A stretch of 64,000 nucleotides of DNA from Clostridia bacterium (GCA_045660545.1 JAZREA010000005.1:5416-69415), one strand, 5' to 3'; shown: positions 21,911-28,930, numbered from the stretch's first letter. The notes: generated from the sequence alone by a model not told the origin. Numbers and translations: made by a program.

Positions 21911-22270
21911 AATTGACACATACGGGATTTTATTTTTAAAATCCCTAAAGCCTTTCGGCTTTTGCGGTCTTTGACCGCTGTGTCAATTGACGGCGTCGTA
22001 AAAATGCCCTTGCAAGCAAGCATTTTTACTTCCTGGTAGAATTTGTACACATGTGTTAATTGACGGCGTCGCGAAAATCTCCTTGCAAGCAAAGATTTTC
22101 GCTTCCTGGTAAAATTTATACATATGTATCAATTGACTGTGTCGTGATTAGTGACACCTGAAATCTTTGATTTCATTGGTGGAACTTATCCATGCGACCG
22201 AAGGTAGCAGGGGAAATGCCCTTGCAAGCAAGTATTTTTACTTCCTGGTAGAATTTTTATATACGTGATT
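21911..22270 (+). repeat. phased tandem array: four AATTGAC boxes at 73-74 bp spacing, each followed by an A/T-rich hairpin; units 1-3 share the loop CCTTGCAAGCAA and a TGGTA(G/A)AAT box
   Basis: AATTGAC at 21911, 21985, 22058, 22131. Hairpins at 21924-21945, 21999-22028, 22071-22102, 22213-22238. TGGTAGAAT/TGGTAAAAT at 22034, 22107, 22246. Unit 3 carries a ~66-bp insertion. Confidence 0.85.
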
Positions 22271-22349
22271 TGAAAGCGATGATGCTACATATTCAAAGTC
22301 GGGAAGTGCGGATGAGTTTGTTTGGCTGCACATAAGATGAATGAGTTTT

Positions 22350-22372
22350 TTGTCCCAGACTTGACACGAGTA
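22350..22372 (+). repeat. junction element copy E (right end only: CTTGACACGAGTA)
   Basis: 22360-22372 is the exact reverse complement of the left end of copy B (24440-24452). Confidence 0.6.
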
Positions 22373-22424
22373 ACAATAGTTGGAAATAAAGCGTTTTAAA
22401 TTGATACAAATTGTAAGGAGATAA

Positions 22425-23186
22425 ATGGTTATGGCACTTATAGAATTAAAGTTTTTTAGTCAGACATTAGGAATGCAGACACAAGCATATGTCGTTATTC
22501 CTCAAAAATCCACGAAAGGTGAAATTGGAATTAAAGGAAAAAGCAAAGATAAAGAGTATAAATGCGTGTATTTGTTGCACGGTTTAAGCGATGATCACAG
22601 CATATGGCTTCGCAGAACATCTATTGAACGATACGCTGCTGATTATGGTGCTTGTATAGTTATGCCGTGTGGAGCAAGAAGTTTTTATACGGATATGAAG
22701 TATGGCATGAAATATTTTTCTTATATAACCGAGGAACTTCCGAGTATTGTAAGTGAATTTCTTAAAGTTTCAAATAAAAGAGAGGACACTTATATAGCGG
22801 GTCTTTCTATGGGTGGTTATGGAGCACTTAAGGCAGCTCTGAAAAAACCAGAAGTGTTTTGTGCAGCTGCGGGGCTATCGTCGGTTGCAGATATTAAGAA
22901 TGGTATGTTTAATGATACTCTTGTGCCTGTGTTTGGGGAAGATTTGAATATTCCTGATGAAGAGGATTTGTTTTTCCTTGCTGAAAAAACCAACTTAAAT
23001 CCACTTAAGCCCAGAATTTTTATGGGTGTAGGAACGGAAGATTTTTTATATGATTCAAATACCAGACTAAAAGAGCATTTTGAACAGCTTGATTATGACT
23101 TTACATATCGTGAATCAGCTGGCGTACATAGTTGGGAATTTTGGGATGAATACATAAGGTATGTGCTGGAATGGATGTTTGGATAA
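22425..23186 (+). CDS. esterase D-family alpha/beta hydrolase (putative carbohydrate/tributyrin esterase)
   Basis: 253 aa; YLLHGLSDDHSIW and the GLSMGGYGA nucleophile elbow. Confidence 0.8.
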   Translation: MVMALIELKFFSQTLGMQTQAYVVIPQKSTKGEIGIKGKSKDKEYKCVYLLHGLSDDHSIWLRRTSIERYAADYGACIVMPCGARSFYTDMKYGMKYFSYITEELPSIVSEFLKVSNKREDTYIAGLSMGGYGALKAALKKPEVFCAAAGLSSVADIKNGMFNDTLVPVFGEDLNIPDEEDLFFLAEKTNLNPLKPRIFMGVGTEDFLYDSNTRLKEHFEQLDYDFTYRESAGVHSWEFWDEYIRYVLEWMFG

Positions 23187-23213
23187 TTAAAACACAGACT
23201 CACTCCATTTGCA

Positions 23214-23406
23214 TTTTACTCGTGACAAGTTTATAAAATTCAAAACATTAGTTTGCCGATTTCAAATATTTACATATACTATCGGAGCAGGAAAATCCAG
23301 TGTTCCTGCGGGTTCTAATGAAAAATGTTCAAGAAAAAATCAGTGAAAAATTAAGGATAAAAATAGTAGGTCCTATTATTCACTGTTCTCCTGTCTTGAC
23401 ACGAAC
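23214..23406 (+). repeat. junction element copy A (~193 bp, TIR-bounded, structured)
   Basis: Left TACTCGTG-ACAAG 23217-23229, right CTTGACACGAAC 23395-23406; internal hairpin GCAGGAA(23287-23293)/TTCCTGC(23303-23309). Confidence 0.85.
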
Positions 23407-23446
23407 TTATTGAATATAATTAGCAAATATAAAAGAGGTAGAAATA

Positions 23447-24415
23447 ATGATAATAAAGTGTAATAACGATAAAATCCGTTATACGGGAAGATGGAATATC
23501 AACGAATCTTCAGCAACATCAACTGCAAATGGAAATTATTTTGAATTTATGTATTCGGGAGAATGTGCAGTAATCGGATTTGACACATCCTATGTACGAG
23601 TTCCATTTCCCCACGTTTATATAAGTGTTGATGGCGGTGCCAATGTCGAGGTTTCGCTTGATCGGTTTGTAAGGATTTCCGCAGAAGAAGGCGAGCACAA
23701 GGTTTGTGTTATTTTAAAAGGGTCAGTAGAAATTCAACACAGATGGTTTGCTCCTATTGAAGCTAAAGTTTCGCTTCTTGAAATTGAAGCCGATGAATTT
23801 TTAGACTTGCCTGAGGATACACGCCCTGTAATAGAATTTATAGGTGATTCGATAACAGAGGGGATTTCTATTGATGTAGGATATTCAAATTACGGAAATA
23901 GTAGGGATATGGTTTATTGGGATGATTCGACAGCGGGGTACGCCTGGCTTACTGCAAGGACATTAAATTTTAGACCGGTTATCATGGGATATGGATGCCT
24001 TGGCACAACAAAGGGGGGTGCAGGTGGAATTCCTCCTGTTGCAGAGTCCTATAAATATTATAGCGATGGATATGCAATGGAAAGTCAACAAGCTGATTTT
24101 ATTGTAATAAATCATGGTACTAATGACCGTAGAGCAGATAAGGAAATCTTTAAAAAAAGATATTTTGAGTTTTTGTGTGTTGTAAGAGAACGAAATCCAA
24201 AAGCAAAAATAATTTCTTTAACTCCTTTTTCGGGGTGCCTCGCAAAAGAAATAAAAGAAGTGGTTGAAAAGTACAATAAAGAAAAAGATGATACGATTTT
24301 CTATATAGATACTACAGGATGGATAGAACCAGAGCCTATTCATCCGCTTAGAATCGGACACAAAACAGTGAGTGAAAAATTATCAAAAATAATAAAAGAA
24401 CACTTACTGAAATAA
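23447..24415 (+). CDS. SGNH/GDSL hydrolase with N-terminal beta-sandwich (CE2-like carbohydrate esterase architecture)
   Basis: 322 aa; FIGDSITEG block I, INHGTNDR block III/V-like, ~130-aa N-terminal non-catalytic domain. Confidence 0.75.
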   Translation: MIIKCNNDKIRYTGRWNINESSATSTANGNYFEFMYSGECAVIGFDTSYVRVPFPHVYISVDGGANVEVSLDRFVRISAEEGEHKVCVILKGSVEIQHRWFAPIEAKVSLLEIEADEFLDLPEDTRPVIEFIGDSITEGISIDVGYSNYGNSRDMVYWDDSTAGYAWLTARTLNFRPVIMGYGCLGTTKGGAGGIPPVAESYKYYSDGYAMESQQADFIVINHGTNDRRADKEIFKKRYFEFLCVVRERNPKAKIISLTPFSGCLAKEIKEVVEKYNKEKDDTIFYIDTTGWIEPEPIHPLRIGHKTVSEKLSKIIKEHLLK

Positions 24416-24435
24416 GATAAGACAATTTCGTTGTA

Positions 24436-24630
24436 TTTTTACTCGTGTCAAGTTTATAAAATTTAAAACATTAGTTTGCCGATTTAAAATATTTACATAT
24501 ATCATCGGGAGCGAGAAAATCCAGTATTCTCGCGGGTTCTAATGGAATATTGTTTGGAAAAGAGCAGTGAAAAAATTGACTGAAAAATAGTAGGTCCTAT
24601 TATTCACTGTTCTCCTAACTTGACAAAATC
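24436..24630 (+). repeat. junction element copy B (~195 bp)
   Basis: Left TACTCGTGTCAAG 24440-24452, right CTTGACAAAATC 24619-24630; hairpin GCGAGAA(24511-24517)/TTCTCGC(24527-24533) compensated relative to copies A and C. Confidence 0.85.
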
Positions 24631-24664
24631 ATATAATAAACTATTTTTTTGTGAGGTGATAAAA

Positions 24665-25144
24665 ATGACAAGCTATCCATTTCTACCTTTATATAATAAA
24701 GATTCTAAAATATTAATTTTGGGAAGCTTTCCATCTGTAAAATCACGTGAGCAAAAGTTTTTTTATGGGCATCCGCAAAACCGCTTTTGGAAAGTTATTT
24801 CCTCTGTGTTTGAATGTAATGAGCCTAAGAACATTGAAGAAAAAAAGCACCTTTTGCTTGAAAACGGCATTGCACTTTGGGATGTTATAGCATCTTGTGA
24901 AATAATTGGAAGTGCTGACAGTACCATTAAAAATGTAAAAGTAAATGATATTTCAAAAATTTTGAAAGAAACAAATATAAATAAGATTTTTGTTAATGGT
25001 AAAACGGCAGAAAAATATTTTAAAAGGTATACAAAAAATCAAATAAATATAGATGCGTCATATTTGCCATCTACATCACCTGCGAATGCTGCCTGGACAC
25101 TAGAACGACTCGTTGATGAGTGGAAAGTTATTAAAGGCATTTGA
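24665..25144 (+). CDS. DNA-deoxyinosine (hypoxanthine) glycosylase, UDG-superfamily
   Basis: 159 aa from the ATG at 24665, 6 nt after GAGGTG. The track TTG at 24620 is the TTGACA box of the repeat. ILILGSFPSVKSREQKFFYGHPQNRFW and LPSTSPANA motifs. Confidence 0.8.
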   Translation: MTSYPFLPLYNKDSKILILGSFPSVKSREQKFFYGHPQNRFWKVISSVFECNEPKNIEEKKHLLLENGIALWDVIASCEIIGSADSTIKNVKVNDISKILKETNINKIFVNGKTAEKYFKRYTKNQINIDASYLPSTSPANAAWTLERLVDEWKVIKGI

Positions 25145-25195
25145 AAGGAATTGTTTTGAAGAAACAATTTAGCTATGGTGCAAATCGAAATAATT

Positions 25196-25324
25196 TGGCT
25201 TTGAACGTTAGTTTGAAATTCAGCTTAAAAGATTGGCATCTAAATTATACAGTCTTTATAAAGTTTGAAATGTTAGGGACAAAATTTTTGTGCCGAATAA
25301 TAGTGAAAAAATCTTGACAAAATT
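25196..25324 (+). repeat. junction element copy D (diverged and internally deleted)
   Basis: AACGTTAGTTTGAAATT resembles AACATTAGTTTGCCGATTT, and AGTGAAAAAATCTTGACAAAAT matches the 3' part and right end of copies B and C. Confidence 0.5.
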
Positions 25325-25368
25325 TATAAAATCGTGTATTCTATAACGATTTAGATTCAAATCTAAAT
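25314..25368 (+). promoter_or_regulatory. promoter plus ATTTAGA-N6-TCTAAAT palindrome in front of the NTase operon
   Basis: -35 TTGACA 25314-25319, 17-nt spacer, -10 TATTCT 25337-25342. Palindrome ATTTAGATTCAAATCTAAAT at 25349-25368 has the same half-sites and spacing as the two sdpR operators. Confidence 0.6.
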
Positions 25369-25397
25369 GGTAGGTATGGGAACGAAAGGAGAAAAAT

Positions 25398-26051
25398 ATG
25401 TATCACTATTTAGATGACAAAGAGTTTGTTAGTAAGATGAGAACTTTGTGCGGAGAGATTATGCAGGATTTATGTCATATTTTGAAAGAAGAGTATGATA
25501 TAGGTTCTACATTTTATTTGGTCGGTAGCGGTGCACGAAATCTTATTATGCAAAACAATAATGAACCTGTGGACTTAGATTACAATTTAGAAATTATCAG
25601 GTGTGAAGATTTTGAAGATCGTCGTTACATAAAAGAATGTGTGCGTAAGGCATTTAATAAGGCTTTAAATTTGAATGATTTAAATGATTGTGAGGACTCG
25701 ACATCTTCGTTGACATCAAAACCAATATATTTTACAGATGGAAATGATACAGAATTCAAAATTGATGTGTGCATAACTGTAAGGGATGAGGATGATATTT
25801 ATTACAGATTGATTCATAATAAAACAGGTTTTGTTTTTTATGATGAATATGCTTGGAATATTGCACCTAATTCAAAAAGAATAAATGAAAAGGTTGATTA
25901 TATTAAAAAATGCGGTAAATGGATATTGTTAAGGCAGCAGTATGAAAAAATCAAAAATATGTATTTGACTCGCAACGATTATAATCACCCATCATTTATT
26001 TGTTATGTGGAAGCAGTAAATAATGTATATGACTCAAGAAAAAGCTGGTAG
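25398..26051 (+). CDS. minimal Pol-beta-superfamily nucleotidyltransferase, SMODS/CD-NTase-like
   Basis: 217 aa; G43-S44...D59-L-D61 and D123 (KIDVCI) triad. The C-terminal WNIAPNS...GKWILLRQQY...PSFICYVEAV resembles the helical lobe of SMODS/OAS-like enzymes. Confidence 0.55.
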   Translation: MYHYLDDKEFVSKMRTLCGEIMQDLCHILKEEYDIGSTFYLVGSGARNLIMQNNNEPVDLDYNLEIIRCEDFEDRRYIKECVRKAFNKALNLNDLNDCEDSTSSLTSKPIYFTDGNDTEFKIDVCITVRDEDDIYYRLIHNKTGFVFYDEYAWNIAPNSKRINEKVDYIKKCGKWILLRQQYEKIKNMYLTRNDYNHPSFICYVEAVNNVYDSRKSW

Positions 26052-26064
26052 GAGGAAATAAAAT

Positions 26065-26715
26065 ATGTACTGTAAATATTGTGGAAGAATCATAGATGAT
26101 GATTCAAAATACTGTGTGAATTGCGGTAATAATATGAATAATGATAATTCTGGAACAGTGTCTGAGGATGCACCGAGTAGGGGTTTTGCTATTTTGGGAT
26201 TTTTTGTACCAATAATCGGACTTATACTTTATTTGATTTATGAACGCAAACAACCTAAAAGAGCAAAATCAGCTGGAAAAGGTGCTTTGGTTGGTTTTAT
26301 AACTAAAATAGTTATATATATAGTAATTGTAATCCTTTATGTAATTTTTGCATCTTCGATGATAAAAAGTACAATGGGCAATATTGATATTAACACTTAT
26401 AATATTGACTCTATGGAAGAAACAGCAGATTTTGATGTTGAGTTTGGCGAGTTTAAGGTGACGAACAATGGATATACATATGATACATCTTTGGAAGTAA
26501 CTGTCACAAATACAAGCGACAAACAAAAATCATTTTATATAACAGTTGAGGCAGTTGACGAGGATGGAACAAGACTTGATACTGATATGATAATGGCTGA
26601 TCGTTTGAATTCGAATCAAAAAGTTAAATTAGAAGCTTTTAAATATGTGCCACAAGAAAAGATTGAACAATACAAATCTGCTACATTTAAAGTGTTAGAA
26701 GTGCAAAAATACTAA
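26065..26715 (+). CDS. Zn-ribbon / two-TM membrane protein with C-terminal beta-rich domain
   Basis: 216 aa; CKYCGRIIDDDSKYCVNCG zinc ribbon, two TM helices separated by a Lys/Arg-rich loop, DUF4352-like beta domain; 13 bp downstream of the NTase gene. Confidence 0.6.
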   Translation: MYCKYCGRIIDDDSKYCVNCGNNMNNDNSGTVSEDAPSRGFAILGFFVPIIGLILYLIYERKQPKRAKSAGKGALVGFITKIVIYIVIVILYVIFASSMIKSTMGNIDINTYNIDSMEETADFDVEFGEFKVTNNGYTYDTSLEVTVTNTSDKQKSFYITVEAVDEDGTRLDTDMIMADRLNSNQKVKLEAFKYVPQEKIEQYKSATFKVLEVQKY

Positions 26716-26737
26716 CTATTTCATTGTGGAATATGGT

Positions 26738-26921
26738 TTGTGTCAAGTCCATACAATTTAAAACATTAGTTTGCCGATGTTGATATTTACATATACTATC
26801 GGGCAGGAAAATCTAATATTCCTGCGGATTCTAAGGAAAAGTGCAAAAGGAAAATTCAGTGAAAAAATCAGGAAAGGTTAGTAGGTCATATTATTGGCTG
26901 TTCTCCTAACTTGACAAAATC
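26738..26921 (+). repeat. junction element copy C (~184 bp)
   Basis: Left GTGTCAAG 26740-26747, right CTTGACAAAATC 26910-26921; hairpin GCAGGAA(26803-26809)/TTCCTGC(26819-26825). Confidence 0.85.
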
Positions 26922-26954
26922 TTATAAGTGTTTTGTAGTAACTTAAAAAAACGG

Positions 26955-27683
26955 ATGGAATTTATGAAAAGGAAAAGCGGTTTTATAAAAGGAATAATAG
27001 ACGGAATGCCGATTTGTCTTGGGTACTTATCGGTGGCGTTTGCGTTTGGAATATTTGCTACTGAGAGCGGTCTTAGCGTTTGGGAAACGTTGTTTATATC
27101 AATGACCAACGTAACGTCGGCAGGTCAGCTTGCGGCAGTCCCGATAATTACCGGCGGAGGGTCTTTAGCTGAACTTGCGCTATGTCAGATTATAATAAAC
27201 CTGAGGTATGCGCTTATGTCGACTTCGTTGTCGCAGAAGATGGACAAGTCTATAAGACTGATTGACAGGTTTGTAATTGCGTTTGTAAATACCGACGAGG
27301 TGTTTGCGGTTGCGTCGGGAAACAGCCATAATGTAAAAAGAAACTATATGTACGGGCTGATACTTACGCCGTATCTGGGTTGGAGTGTCGGCACGCTTTT
27401 GGGTTCTCTTGCGGGGAATGTTCTTCCGTCGTCAGTGGTGTCGGCGCTGGGTATTGCGATATACGGAATGTTTGTGGCTATTGTTGTACCCGAAATGAGA
27501 GCGAACACAAAGACGGCTTTGGCGGTTGCTTTATCAATTGTGCTAAGCTGTGCCTTTGAATTTCTGCCGTTTTTAAACAAAGTACCTGATGGGTTTACGG
27601 TGATAATATGTGCAGCGGCGGCAAGTCTTTTGTTCGCCTTTGTCTTCCCTATCGAAGTAAAGGAGGAATGTGAAAATGAATAA
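26955..27683 (+). CDS. azlC: AzlC-family branched-chain amino acid export permease
   Basis: AzlC-like TM pattern. ATG at 26955 or 26964 is preferred over the track GTG at 26928. Overlaps the azlD start. Confidence 0.8.
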   Translation: MEFMKRKSGFIKGIIDGMPICLGYLSVAFAFGIFATESGLSVWETLFISMTNVTSAGQLAAVPIITGGGSLAELALCQIIINLRYALMSTSLSQKMDKSIRLIDRFVIAFVNTDEVFAVASGNSHNVKRNYMYGLILTPYLGWSVGTLLGSLAGNVLPSSVVSALGIAIYGMFVAIVVPEMRANTKTALAVALSIVLSCAFEFLPFLNKVPDGFTVIICAAAASLLFAFVFPIEVKEECENE

Positions 27684-27993
27684 TACTCCGTTCTTTCTTT
27701 ACCTTTTGGTTATGGCGGGGATAACATATCTTATAAGAATGGTTCCGCTTGTGCTTATTAAGAAAAAAATAACAAACAGGGTAATACTGTCGTTTTTACA
27801 TTACATACCGTTTACGGTTCTTGCAGTGATGACGGTGCCTGCGATTTTTAGCTCGACGGCTTCTGTTTGGTCTGCAACATGCGGGTTTGTAGTTGCGATT
27901 GCGCTTGCACTTGGCAAGAAAAGTCTGTTGACGGTTGCGGCGTTTTCATCCTTGACGGTCTTTGTGGCAGAGTGGATGATAGGCCTTTTATAA
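27670..27993 (+). CDS. azlD: AzlD-family small membrane protein
   Basis: 107 aa, 3-4 TM segments, overlaps the azlC stop; alternative ATG at 27676. Confidence 0.8.
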   Translation: MKMNNTPFFLYLLVMAGITYLIRMVPLVLIKKKITNRVILSFLHYIPFTVLAVMTVPAIFSSTASVWSATCGFVVAIALALGKKSLLTVAAFSSLTVFVAEWMIGLL

Positions 27994-28038
27994 ATGATTT
28001 TAATGTTACATAATTTTTGGTAAATGGAGGTGGGGAAA

Positions 28039-28917
28039 ATGTCGTTCGCTTCTGAAGTGAAAGAAGAAATATGTACTGTGGAAATTGAACAGGTATGCTG
28101 CGCCAGAGCGGAGCTTGCGGGTATGATTGCCTTTGGAACTACGGTGAGGAAAGACGAAATAAGGCTTCGTACGGAGAGCGAGAGTACGGCAAAAAGGTTT
28201 TGTGAGCTTTTGGAATTTTTATACAAAATCAGGCTGGAAACGACGACAACTGATTCTAAAATCCATTATGTTGTACTGACGGGTGCAGATGTTATAAAGG
28301 TTTTAAGAGATACCAGGCTTTCGGGTGTTCCTATACGAATAGACAGAGAAATTGTGCGAAACGAATGCTGCAAGGCGGCACTTCTCAGCGGGATTTTCCT
28401 CGGCGGCGGCAGCATGATAGACCCCGAAAAGAGCTACCATGCGGAGCTTGTTTCCAACCACTATTCGCTGGAGAAGGACCTTAGGGTTGTATTTGAATAC
28501 TTTGAGCTTTATCCGAAAATGATTAACAGAAACGGGAATTATGTTTTTTACATAAAAGAGAGCCAGCAAATTGAGAACTTGCTTGCGGCTGTCGGCGCAC
28601 ACATGAAGCTTATGGAATTTTTAAATGTAGTTATTGAGCGAGACATAAAGAACTCGACAAACAGAAGGGTTAACTTTGAAATCGCCAACGACACTAAGAT
28701 TTTTAAAACTGCTATAAAGCAGCAGAACGCGATTAAAAAAATTGTGCTTGAAAACGGATGGCAAAGCCTGTCTCCCGAGCTTACAGAGGTGGCAAAGCTA
28801 AGGATGAACGACGTGCATATGCCGCTTTCGGAAATGGCGAGGAGAATTGGGATTACAAAGTCGGGAGTTAACCACAGAATGAAGAAGATTATGCAACTTG
28901 CTGAAATGGAAAAGTAG
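28039..28917 (+). CDS. whiA: DNA-binding protein WhiA
   Basis: MSFASEVKEEI N-terminus, LAGLIDADG-like repeats, C-terminal HTH; ATG at 28039 follows GGAGGTGGGG. Confidence 0.9.
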   Translation: MSFASEVKEEICTVEIEQVCCARAELAGMIAFGTTVRKDEIRLRTESESTAKRFCELLEFLYKIRLETTTTDSKIHYVVLTGADVIKVLRDTRLSGVPIRIDREIVRNECCKAALLSGIFLGGGSMIDPEKSYHAELVSNHYSLEKDLRVVFEYFELYPKMINRNGNYVFYIKESQQIENLLAAVGAHMKLMEFLNVVIERDIKNSTNRRVNFEIANDTKIFKTAIKQQNAIKKIVLENGWQSLSPELTEVAKLRMNDVHMPLSEMARRIGITKSGVNHRMKKIMQLAEMEK

Positions 28918-28930
28918 GAGGAATTTCAAG

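Noticed and set aside
21911-22270. Possible CRISPR array (regularly spaced repeats with hairpins)
   Set aside because: Conserved and variable segments are interleaved within each 73-bp unit, and the variable parts are self-complementary stems, not unique spacers. There are only 3-4 units and no cas genes in the window.
24620-24664. Track start (TTG at 24620) for the glycosylase gene
   Set aside because: That TTG is the TTGACA box of repeat copy B. The ATG at 24665 has a GAGGTG SD at proper spacing and gives the family-typical N-terminus.
22350-26921. Classical integron attC sites / CALIN
   Set aside because: The element ends read ...CAAGTTTATA at the left and ...CCTAACTTGAC at the right, so the order is GTT first and AAC last on either strand. 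This is the opposite of the R''(RYYYAAC)...R'(GTTRRRY) order of attC. The elements are also ~190 bp, longer than typical attC sites, and no IntI gene is present. The array is therefore described as cassette-like only.
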